From Bacteroidales bacterium (GTDB taxonomy: Bacteria; Bacteroidota; Bacteroidia; Bacteroidales; JAFGUD01): a DNA stretch of 64,000 nucleotides. Numbering within the stretch: position 1 is the first letter of the stretch; each line of letters begins with the position of its first letter. A model generated the notes under the pieces. It ran no database searches. It was given only the letters and a program-made list of their open reading frames with translations, and was not told the origin of the DNA. The DNA lies in the NCBI GenBank assembly GCA_016936595.1, contig JAFGXO010000050.1, forward strand, positions 87 through 64,086, read 5' to 3'. Positions 1 through 8,730 of this stretch are shown piece after piece. The position numbers and the translations under genes are program-made.

Positions 1-2
1 TT

Positions 3-236
3 GATGAAAACACAAATTCAGGAACAATATTGAATTATTGTAACATATCTTACGGCTCTGATGAAGACTGGGGAATAATTGAGGTATGGAACAATTCTAA
101 CACAACAATTTCAAACTGCAATATATCAAATTCAGCAGGACACGGAATTTACATCAATAACTCTACCGTAAACATTTCTAATAATATTTTCACAGACATT
201 GCTGGAGAAGACATCTTCTATGACCCCGGCAAATAA
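3..236 (+). CDS. Partial (5'-truncated) right-handed parallel beta-helix repeat protein, C-terminal end
   Basis: Frame is open from the window edge (DENTNSGTILNYCNIS...). Asn-rich repeats TTISNCNISNS / GIYINNSTVNISNNIF are typical of beta-helix coils. Stop TAA at 234-236. Confidence 0.65.
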   Translation, partial: DENTNSGTILNYCNISYGSDEDWGIIEVWNNSNTTISNCNISNSAGHGIYINNSTVNISNNIFTDIAGEDIFYDPGK

Positions 237-259
237 AATTTCAGAATAAATTTTAATTT

Positions 260-286
260 AAGCCGGTTTTTTGAGCCGGTTTTTTT
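260..286 (+). terminator. Intrinsic terminator
   Basis: agccggtt..agccggtt can pair as a hairpin with G-U pairs and is followed by a T-run, just after the stop at 236. Confidence 0.55.
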
Positions 287-418
287 ATCCATTATAAGCT
301 GCTGATTACTAAGAACTAACAAACTAATCAAAAACATTTTATTAAAAAATCCATTTTATTCTTTTATTTTTCAACCAATAATAGTGTTTTTTTTCTATCT
401 TTGAATGAAAAATTGAAT

Positions 419-1516
419 ATGACTGATAATAAAAAAACAACAAAAGAACCGGTAAAAGAAGTTAAATTAACACGCGAATTTGTTAAATCTTTACCAAAAG
501 CAGAATTGCATTGTCATCTTGACGGCTCAATGAGAGTTGAAACAATTATGGATATTGCAAAAAAAGAAGGAGTAAAACTTCCATCAGACGATATAGTTGA
601 ATTACGCAAAATATTGGAAGTAGGAATGAAATGCAAAAGCTTAGAAGAGTATCTTCGCCCTTTTGACATTACTGCCGAAGTTTTACAAACTGAAGATGCT
701 CTAATTAGAGCAACATACGAGCTTGCCGAAGATGCAGCCGAAGAAAATGTTCGTTATATTGAAATAAGATTTGCCCCTTTGTGGCACATAAAAAAAGGCC
801 TTTCGTTAACTCAAGTTATCGAAGCAGCTATTGAAGGTGCACGTAGAGCCGAAAGAAAATTTAACATCAGAACCGGAATTATTATTTGTGGAATTAGACA
901 CACAACTCCGGCAGATACACTTAAAGTTGCAGAAATTGCTGTTGCTTACAAAAACAGAGGCGTGGTAGGATTTGACCTTGCAGGTGCCGAAAAAGATTTT
1001 CCGGCAAAAGATCATAAAGAAGCTTTTTATTTAATTATTAATAACAACATTAATACAACTGCTCATGCAGGCGAAGCTTACGGCCCTGAATCTATTGCTC
1101 AAGCTATTCATTATATTAGTGCAAACAGAATTGGGCACGGAACTCGACTAAGAGAAGACGGCGATTTGCTTAACTACATAAACGACCACAGAATACCTCT
1201 TGAAATGTGTATTACTTCAAATGTTCAAACAAAAGCTGTTGAAACTTTTGAGGATCACCCTGCAAAATTCTATTACGATTTAGGATTAAGAGTTACTTTA
1301 AACACCGACAACAGACTTATTTCAGACGTTAACCTTACCGACGAATACATGATTGCTATCGAAAAACTCGGATTTACTGCTAACGACATTAAATACTTAA
1401 TCCTAAATGGCTTTAAATCAGCATTTTTGCCTTTTTACGAAAAAATTAAACTTATTAAAGAAATTACACAAGAATTAGAAGAAAAAGGTTTAATTTTTAA
1501 AAAGAATTACATTTAA
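419..1516 (+). CDS. add: Adenosine deaminase
   Basis: Motifs LPKAELHCHLDGS, GFDLAG, AHAGE, RIGHG, LNTDN. ATG at 419 preferred over TTG at 401. Confidence 0.9.
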   Translation: MTDNKKTTKEPVKEVKLTREFVKSLPKAELHCHLDGSMRVETIMDIAKKEGVKLPSDDIVELRKILEVGMKCKSLEEYLRPFDITAEVLQTEDALIRATYELAEDAAEENVRYIEIRFAPLWHIKKGLSLTQVIEAAIEGARRAERKFNIRTGIIICGIRHTTPADTLKVAEIAVAYKNRGVVGFDLAGAEKDFPAKDHKEAFYLIINNNINTTAHAGEAYGPESIAQAIHYISANRIGHGTRLREDGDLLNYINDHRIPLEMCITSNVQTKAVETFEDHPAKFYYDLGLRVTLNTDNRLISDVNLTDEYMIAIEKLGFTANDIKYLILNGFKSAFLPFYEKIKLIKEITQELEEKGLIFKKNYI

Positions 1517-1550
1517 ACTTAATTATTATCAACAAATAATTGAAAATACA

Positions 1551-1598
1551 AATCAAAAACATCGAAATAAAAATATTTTTCGGTGTTTTTTGATTTTT
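1551..1598 (+). terminator. Intrinsic terminator after add
   Basis: Imperfect inverted repeat aatcaaaaacatcgaaa...tttcggtgttttttgatt. Confidence 0.6.
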
Positions 1599-1656
1599 AA
1601 CTGAAAAACAATTAATAAATTTTCGCCTCAAATTTATACTTAACAGAACTTTTTAG

Positions 1657-1664
1657 TATTTTTG
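1657..1664 (+). promoter_or_regulatory. Bacteroidota -7 promoter element (TATTTTTG) of recN
   Basis: Matches the TAnnTTTG consensus, 8 nt before the ATG at 1673. Confidence 0.55.
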
Positions 1665-1672
1665 CAGCCGAA

Positions 1673-3328
1673 ATGATTACAACTCTGCACATACAAAATT
1701 ACGCACTTATCGACAATCTTAATATAGATTTAGAAAAAGGATTGTCAATTATCACCGGAGAAACCGGAGCCGGAAAATCAATCATTCTCGGTGCAATGTC
1801 GCTTATTATGGGCAATAGAGCAGACTCTTCTGTTATTAACGACTCCTCAAAAAAATGTGTAGTTGAAGCTGTTTTTAATATAAGCGATTACAAAATCCAA
1901 AAAATATTTGAGCAAAACGAAATTGATTATTTCGATACAACTATTATTCGCAGAGAAATATCGCCCGAAGGCAGATCACGAGCATTTGTTAACGATTCGC
2001 CTGTTAACCTTTCGGTTATCAAAGAAATTTCCGAAAAACTTATCGACATTCATTCACAACACGACACAATTAGTCTTAACGACACAGCTTTTCAAACAGA
2101 GGTTATTGACTTGGTTGCAAAAAACTCCACAACCTTAAAAAGTTATCAAACCACTTTTAAAAATTTCAAAAAAGCTCAAGAAGACCTCCGGAATTTATTT
2201 GAAGCAAAAAAAACAGCTGACAGAAACTATGATTATTACAGCTATCAATTTAAATTACTTGATAACGCAAAACTTATTGACGGAGAACAAGAAGAATTAG
2301 AGATTGAACAAAAACAACTGTCTCATACCGAAGAAATTAAGACAAATTTATCAAAAATAAATTTTTTACTTAACAATGAAGAAAATTCAGCATTAGAAAT
2401 GTTAAAAGAAGCAGCTAAAGCAGCCGAAAACATTATTGATTTTCTTCCTAAAGCTGAAGAATTACATTACAGATTAGATTCTGCTTTTATTGACCTACAA
2501 GACCTTTCTACCGAAACAGAAATTATTGAAAACGATATTGAATTTGACCCCGAACGTCTTCTGTTTGTAAATAACAGATTAGATACAATTTATGAGCTGC
2601 AACAAAAATTCAGCACAGATTCAATAAAAAGTTTAATAAACATTAAAAATGCCATAGAAAACCAACTACTTGAAATAACATCATATACCGAACAAATTGA
2701 ACTTAAAAAAACTGAAATTGAGCAAATAAAATCACAACTCACCGAACTTGCCAATAAACTTAACGAAAACCGAAATAAAGCTAAAAAATCTTTTCAGGAA
2801 AAAATAACATACATAGTTGAAAACCTTGGTATGCCAAACACTAAATTTATTGTTAATATTTCAAAACTTGACAGCTTTACATCTACCGGCACCGACAAAA
2901 TAACATTCTTGTTTTCGGCAAACAAAAGTTCCGAACCACAACAACTTACAAAAGTTGCTTCCGGTGGCGAATTATCTCGTTTAATGCTATCTATCAAATA
3001 TATAATTTCAAGTTCAAAAAAATTACCCACAATAATTTTTGACGAAATAGACACAGGTATATCCGGCGAAATAGCCTCAAAAATGGGTGCTTTACTCAAA
3101 AAAATGGCCGATAATTTACAAATAATCAACATCACTCACTTGCCTCAAATTGCCGCCAAGGCTCATCATCATTATTTTGTTTACAAAGATGAAACAACCG
3201 AAAAAACAATCTCCTACATTCGTAAACTATCTAACGATGACCGAATTATAGAAATAGCTAAAATGCTTAGCGGCACAAATGTTACACAAAGTGCTATGCA
3301 AAACGCAAAAGAATTATTGGATAGTTAA
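1673..3328 (+). CDS. recN: DNA repair protein RecN
   Basis: Walker A TGETGAGKS, IHSQH, long coiled coil, signature ASGGELSR, Walker B IIFDEIDTG, ITHLPQIAA. Confidence 0.96.
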   Translation: MITTLHIQNYALIDNLNIDLEKGLSIITGETGAGKSIILGAMSLIMGNRADSSVINDSSKKCVVEAVFNISDYKIQKIFEQNEIDYFDTTIIRREISPEGRSRAFVNDSPVNLSVIKEISEKLIDIHSQHDTISLNDTAFQTEVIDLVAKNSTTLKSYQTTFKNFKKAQEDLRNLFEAKKTADRNYDYYSYQFKLLDNAKLIDGEQEELEIEQKQLSHTEEIKTNLSKINFLLNNEENSALEMLKEAAKAAENIIDFLPKAEELHYRLDSAFIDLQDLSTETEIIENDIEFDPERLLFVNNRLDTIYELQQKFSTDSIKSLINIKNAIENQLLEITSYTEQIELKKTEIEQIKSQLTELANKLNENRNKAKKSFQEKITYIVENLGMPNTKFIVNISKLDSFTSTGTDKITFLFSANKSSEPQQLTKVASGGELSRLMLSIKYIISSSKKLPTIIFDEIDTGISGEIASKMGALLKKMADNLQIINITHLPQIAAKAHHHYFVYKDETTEKTISYIRKLSNDDRIIEIAKMLSGTNVTQSAMQNAKELLDS

Positions 3329-3445
3329 AAATACAAATGTTTTATCTTTCTCTAAAATTTTACACAAAAAAAATAATCCCACCAATTTTAAAAAACTTTA
3401 TTCTAAATTTAACATTGTATCTCTTTCAGGTATTTTAAATTAATT

Positions 3446-3453
3446 TAACTTTG
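3446..3453 (+). promoter_or_regulatory. Bacteroidota -7 promoter element (TAACTTTG)
   Basis: Consensus match 37 nt upstream of the receptor ATG. Confidence 0.55.
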
Positions 3454-3490
3454 CCAATTAAACATTTTCTAAATTTTTAAACAATTCAAT

Positions 3491-6247
3491 ATGAAAAAAG
3501 CTCTAATAAGTTTGTTATTGGTTCTCATTACTTCCCTCTCATTCTCGCAGGGAATAGCTGTAACACCGGTAGCAACAAAAACAGGCATTAGCGGAGTTGT
3601 TCTTACACCCGAAGGAAACCCGATAGAAAATGCCGCAGTTAGTGTAGTTGGAACAAACAATATGTCAACTACAGATGTTGACGGCCGATTTGTTCTCGAA
3701 AATTTAAGTGCCGGAACATACAATATTGGTGTTTTTGCAAATGGTTTTGCCAACTATTTTGCTCCCGATGTAAAAGTTTTTGATGGACAAGTTACAGAAC
3801 TTGAAATTTCACTTACTGCAATTGGCAACCCCGACAACAACGACGGTGTAGTTTTAGTTAATGCCGACGATTTAAACAATGAACAAGGATCCGAAAACGT
3901 GTCATCAATTTTGCATGGTTCAAGAGATGCTTTTCTTGATGCTGCGGCTTATTCTTTGGGTTCAATGCGCTTTAGGATAAGAGGTTACGATAATAGCCTA
4001 ACCGAAATTTCAATAAATGGCGTTGATATGAGTAACATGGAAGTTGGACGAACATTTTGGTCTGATTGGGGCGGATTAAACAATGTAACAAAATATAAAA
4101 CAGTAGCATTCGGACTTGACGCTTCTAACCAAAGTTTTGGCAACATAGGCGGAAGCACCGACATTCAAATGCTTCCTTCTATTTACAGAAAAGGTCTTCA
4201 AGTTACTTATTCGGCAGCTAATCGCTCATACCGTAATCGTGCTATGCTTACTTATTCAACAGGATTAACACCCGGCAACTGGGCTTTTACTGTTTCAGGT
4301 TCACGCAGATGGGCAAACGAAGGATACGCTGAAGGAACTTTTTACGATGCATGGTCTTACTATCTTGGAATTGAAAAACATTTTAAAAACCAAGAAATTG
4401 TTTTAAATATTTTTGGAGCACCTAACAAAAGAGGAAAAGGCGGAGCATCTACTCAAGAAGCTTATGACCTGTTAAACAATAATTACTACAATCCTTATTG
4501 GGGATATCAAAACGGACAAAAAAGAAATAGTAGAGTGGCAAATTCTCATCAACCTGTTGCTTTACTTACACATTTTTGGGACATTAATTCCTCCACAAAA
4601 CTACAAACAACCCTAGTAGCTCGTGCCGGAAGAAATGGTTCTACAGCTCTTAACTGGTACAGTGCTGCCGACCCTCGTCCGGATTATTACAGATTTTTAC
4701 CTTCTTACATCACAGACCCTACATCGGCTCAAATGGTTGCCGATTCTTTTATTAATCCTTTGTATAGTCAAATAGACTGGGCAGCAATGTACTTTGCAAA
4801 CAATAACAGTTTTGACGAAGTAGAAAACGCTAACGGAATTGATGGAAACACCGTTACAGGAAAAAGAGCCCAATATATTATTGAAGAACGACGATACGAT
4901 CAAGTTTATGGTGCAATTAGCACAAATTTGACAAAAAACATTTCAGATGCTGTTGAACTTGTTGGAGGTTTACAATACAGATATTTTATTGGAAAAAACT
5001 TTAAAGTTGTAAACGATTTACTTGGTGCTGATTATTGGTTAGATATTGATAAATATGCCGAAAGAGATATTGTTGACCCAGACTCTGCTCAAAGTGATGT
5101 AAATAATCCGAACAGAACAGTTAAAGAAGGCGATATTTTTGGTTATAATTACAACTCAAATATTCAAACAGGAAAATCATGGCTACAAACAACTATTGAT
5201 TTGAAAAAAATCAATTTTAATATTGCAGGATTTGTTAGCTATACCACTATGTGGCGTGAAGGTTTAATGCAAAACGGTAAATTTCCTGATAATTCTTTTG
5301 GAAATTCTGAAAAACTTAATTTTCTTGATTACGGCGGAAAAACAAGCATAATTTTTAAAATTAATGGTCGTAATTTTATTCAAGCAAGCGGTGCTTATCT
5401 TACCCAAGCTCCTACTTTTAGAAACGTTTATATATCAGCTCGTACTCGAGATAATACAATCGACAACCCTGTTTCTGAAAAAATAATGAGTGCTGATATT
5501 GGATACACTTTAAAAGCACCAAAATTAAAAATCACATTGCGAGGATATTATACAACATTTCAAGATCAAGCATCTTCTATGAGTTTTTACCACGATGGAT
5601 ATGGAAACTTTGTTAACTATTCAATGCAAGGAATAGACAAAACACATCAAGGAATTGAAGCTGCTATTGATGGTAATATTATTGGCGGACTTTCGGCTTA
5701 TGCTGTTGCATCTTTAGGATATTACCGATACACTTCTCGTCCAACTGTTACTGTTACAGTTGATAACAGTGCAGAAATTTTAGCACAAAATAAAACTGTT
5801 TACATGCAAGGTTTTCTTGTTGATGGAACACCTCAAACTGCAGGTTCTGCCGGTTTAAGATACAGAACCGGTTCTTATTGGTTTTTTGGCATTAATGCAA
5901 ATTATGTTGACGATATTTATTTAAGCGTTAACCCCGAAAGAAGAACTGAAGAGGCTGTTTTATATGTTCTTGAAAATTCTGCCGAATGGAATGCTATTGT
6001 TGACCAAACTAAACTTCCAACCGGATACACTTTAGATGCCTCGATTGGAAAATCTTTTAGATTTAAACATAAATATTATCTTAATTTTAATTTAAGTTTA
6101 AATAATATTTTAAATAACCAAAGCATAATTACAGGTGGTTACGAACAACTTAGATATGATATTGATGACGGACCGGATAAATTTCCACCTAAATTATTTT
6201 ACATGTACGGTCGTCAATTTTTCTTAAACGTTAGTTTTAATTTTTAA
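3491..6247 (+). CDS. TonB-dependent outer-membrane receptor-like protein with N-terminal carboxypeptidase-regulatory-like domain (non-SusC type)
   Basis: Signal peptide. ISGVV..EGNPIENAAV..TDVDGRF Ig-like domain. Plug-like RFRIRGYD..INGV. Beta-barrel strands ending in GRQFFLNVSFNF with terminal Phe. Confidence 0.8.
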   Translation: MKKALISLLLVLITSLSFSQGIAVTPVATKTGISGVVLTPEGNPIENAAVSVVGTNNMSTTDVDGRFVLENLSAGTYNIGVFANGFANYFAPDVKVFDGQVTELEISLTAIGNPDNNDGVVLVNADDLNNEQGSENVSSILHGSRDAFLDAAAYSLGSMRFRIRGYDNSLTEISINGVDMSNMEVGRTFWSDWGGLNNVTKYKTVAFGLDASNQSFGNIGGSTDIQMLPSIYRKGLQVTYSAANRSYRNRAMLTYSTGLTPGNWAFTVSGSRRWANEGYAEGTFYDAWSYYLGIEKHFKNQEIVLNIFGAPNKRGKGGASTQEAYDLLNNNYYNPYWGYQNGQKRNSRVANSHQPVALLTHFWDINSSTKLQTTLVARAGRNGSTALNWYSAADPRPDYYRFLPSYITDPTSAQMVADSFINPLYSQIDWAAMYFANNNSFDEVENANGIDGNTVTGKRAQYIIEERRYDQVYGAISTNLTKNISDAVELVGGLQYRYFIGKNFKVVNDLLGADYWLDIDKYAERDIVDPDSAQSDVNNPNRTVKEGDIFGYNYNSNIQTGKSWLQTTIDLKKINFNIAGFVSYTTMWREGLMQNGKFPDNSFGNSEKLNFLDYGGKTSIIFKINGRNFIQASGAYLTQAPTFRNVYISARTRDNTIDNPVSEKIMSADIGYTLKAPKLKITLRGYYTTFQDQASSMSFYHDGYGNFVNYSMQGIDKTHQGIEAAIDGNIIGGLSAYAVASLGYYRYTSRPTVTVTVDNSAEILAQNKTVYMQGFLVDGTPQTAGSAGLRYRTGSYWFFGINANYVDDIYLSVNPERRTEEAVLYVLENSAEWNAIVDQTKLPTGYTLDASIGKSFRFKHKYYLNFNLSLNNILNNQSIITGGYEQLRYDIDDGPDKFPPKLFYMYGRQFFLNVSFNF

Positions 6248-6357
6248 AGCATAAAAATGAACTTTTATCAAGGTTTCATTCAAATAACAATAAAATTTTT
6301 TAAACTAAACAATTTTAAGAACTAAAAACTTTACAAACTTTTTAAAAAATATTAATT

Positions 6358-7638
6358 ATGAAAACAAAAAACATTTTATTTGCTATAATCGCAATTTTAG
6401 GGTTATCTCTATCCTTTTCGAGCTGTGTAAAACAAGATTTTGATGATCCTCCTACTAACTGTAACGATATAAACATCACAACAACTATGTCTATTCACGA
6501 ATTAAAAACCTTATATACAGGCGACACAACTCGTATTGGCGACTCTGTAATTATTGAAGGTTATGTAACATCAACCGATCAATTTGGAAATTTCTACAAA
6601 GAACTTGTTATTCAAGACTCTTCAGATGCAATTTGTATTATGATTGATGCCAGCTACATGTTTACTTCTTTCCCTATTGGACAAAAAGTGTATGTTAAAT
6701 GTGGTGGTTTAATGTTAGGTAACAGTAATGATGTTATTAAACTGGGCAACACTTACACCGAATATGGAATAGTTAACTTTGGCAGAATTCAAGGTGATGT
6801 TGTTATTGCTAATCATATTATTAAAACTTGCGACAATGCACCTGTTGAACCTCAAGAAATTACCCTTAGCCAAATTGACGATGGCATAGTTTACAAACTT
6901 GTAAAAATTAATGCAGTGCAATTTAAAAGTTCTGAACTTCCTACAACTTGGGCTGATGCTATTGGTTTAGAAAGTATTAATCACTATATTGTTGATCAAG
7001 ATAATAATTCTTTGATTGTTAGAACAAGTGGATACTCTTCTTTTGCAAGAGATTCTTTACCTAACGGTAGTGGTTACATTATTGGTGTTCTTGGAAAATA
7101 TGGATCTGATTATCAACTTTATGTTAGAAACCCTGATGATGCTGTTATGGGTGATGAAAGATTTGCTGAACCTATTTACAAAGATTTTGAAGACGGAAGT
7201 ATTTATTCTGATGGCTGGTTCAATAAAATTGTAAAAGGCCAACCTTGGACATTAGGAACTATTGGAGGAAATTACGCTCAATGCCGTAGCTACAATGGTT
7301 CAACTAATATTGAAACAGAATCATGGTATATTTCGCCTGCTTTAGATTTATCTAATTATTCTGCTCCTGTTGTTAGTTTTAGAAATGCTTGTAATTACTC
7401 CGGTGCATTAATTGAAACTAAATACTCTACCGATTATGATGGTACTTCTGATCCTAATACCGCAACTTGGACTGACTTACCCGCTACTTTATCTTCAGGA
7501 AATTGGGCTTGGGTTAATTCCGGCGATTTAACTTTACCAACAAACGTAAAACACGTTGCTTTTGTTTACTTTGGAACAAATTCAGATGGTAGAACTTGGG
7601 AAATTGACGACATCCTTATCGAAGATGCAGGAAAATAA
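6358..7638 (+). CDS. DUF5689-type lipoprotein with C-terminal beta-sandwich (choice-of-anchor J/DUF5017-like) domain
   Basis: Lipobox FSSC followed by acidic VKQDFDD. GYVTSTDQFGNFYKELVIQD and VRTSGYSSFA...G.G.I.GVL match DUF5689 OB-fold repeats as I recall them. C-terminal ESWYISPALDL...YSTDYDG...WEIDDI. Confidence 0.7.
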   Translation: MKTKNILFAIIAILGLSLSFSSCVKQDFDDPPTNCNDINITTTMSIHELKTLYTGDTTRIGDSVIIEGYVTSTDQFGNFYKELVIQDSSDAICIMIDASYMFTSFPIGQKVYVKCGGLMLGNSNDVIKLGNTYTEYGIVNFGRIQGDVVIANHIIKTCDNAPVEPQEITLSQIDDGIVYKLVKINAVQFKSSELPTTWADAIGLESINHYIVDQDNNSLIVRTSGYSSFARDSLPNGSGYIIGVLGKYGSDYQLYVRNPDDAVMGDERFAEPIYKDFEDGSIYSDGWFNKIVKGQPWTLGTIGGNYAQCRSYNGSTNIETESWYISPALDLSNYSAPVVSFRNACNYSGALIETKYSTDYDGTSDPNTATWTDLPATLSSGNWAWVNSGDLTLPTNVKHVAFVYFGTNSDGRTWEIDDILIEDAGK

Positions 7639-7667
7639 TCCGCAAAAATCATTTTTAACTAATATTT

Positions 7668-7699
7668 AAAAAAACCGAGATAATTTCTCGGTTTTTTTT
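7668..7699 (+). terminator. Intrinsic terminator ending the receptor-lipoprotein operon
   Basis: aaaaaaaccgaga-taatt-tctcggttttttt perfect stem with T tail. Confidence 0.85.
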
Positions 7700-7862
7700 A
7701 TTTTTACAAAAATCTTAGTAAAATTTTAAAAGCTACTTATCGCCAAAAGGATACGCTTACATTTTATTGATTTGGAAGAGTAAAATTTAAAACTAAAAAA
7801 GGAAACGTTACAAGATTTTACAAAACCATTACAATTTTTCCAATAATAACACAAATTTATTT

Positions 7863-8705
7863 ATGTCTTGTTTAGAATTTATATTATTTTTCCCCCCGGT
7901 AGGGTTCAACAAGCAAAAGTTAAAAGAAAAGCTTAAGGGAAAAAACATTCTTATTACCGGAGCAACTTTTGGTATAGGAGCAAATTTAACATACAAACTA
8001 GCCAAAACAGGTGCAAATTTAATTCTTGTAGCCCGCACCGAACAAAAACTTATGGCAATAAAAAAAGTTGTAGAACACTATGGTGCTACAGCTCAAATTT
8101 TTGCTGCTGATTTATACAAATTAGAAGAAGTTGATGAACTAATTACAAATCTTAAAAAAATTGACGGAGGTATAGACATTTTTATAAGCAATGCAGGAAA
8201 ATCAATTAGACGTTCTATTTTTAAATCTTTAGACCGATTTCATGATTTTACTCGCACAATGACAATCAACTATTATACTCCCGTTAAGCTAATGTTGTCA
8301 ATTATTCCGATGCTCCAAAAAAACAAAGGACATGTAATAAATATTTCGGCTATGAACGTATTGCTTACCCCCGCCCCACTCTGGGCTGCATATCAAGCAT
8401 CAAAAACAGCATTTGATAATTGGTTCAGAAGCGTTCAAGCCGAACTTAATGCTTGCAATGTAGAAACAACTTCGATATATTTGCCGTTAGTAAAAACCAG
8501 AATGATTTTACCTACTAAAGCATACAGAAAAATACCGGCAATGACGCCAAATCATGTTGCAAATATTGTTTGTAAATCAATAATAACCCGAAGAAAAAAA
8601 TACGCCCCTTGGTGGGCAATTTTTGGACAAATTAGTTCTGTTTTACTAAGACGTATTTTTGAAAAATTTACAATAAAAAATCAACGAAAAAAACTAATAA
8701 GCTAA
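7863..8705 (+). CDS. SDR oxidoreductase, fatty acyl-CoA reductase (Acr1)-like
   Basis: TGATFGIG Rossmann motif, NAG, YQASK (YxxxK). NAGKSIRRSI..LDRFHDFTRTM.INY and LVKTRMI are characteristic of Acr1-type SDRs. Confidence 0.75.
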   Translation: MSCLEFILFFPPVGFNKQKLKEKLKGKNILITGATFGIGANLTYKLAKTGANLILVARTEQKLMAIKKVVEHYGATAQIFAADLYKLEEVDELITNLKKIDGGIDIFISNAGKSIRRSIFKSLDRFHDFTRTMTINYYTPVKLMLSIIPMLQKNKGHVINISAMNVLLTPAPLWAAYQASKTAFDNWFRSVQAELNACNVETTSIYLPLVKTRMILPTKAYRKIPAMTPNHVANIVCKSIITRRKKYAPWWAIFGQISSVLLRRIFEKFTIKNQRKKLIS

Positions 8706-8730
8706 CAATAATACAAACTAATTTATACAC

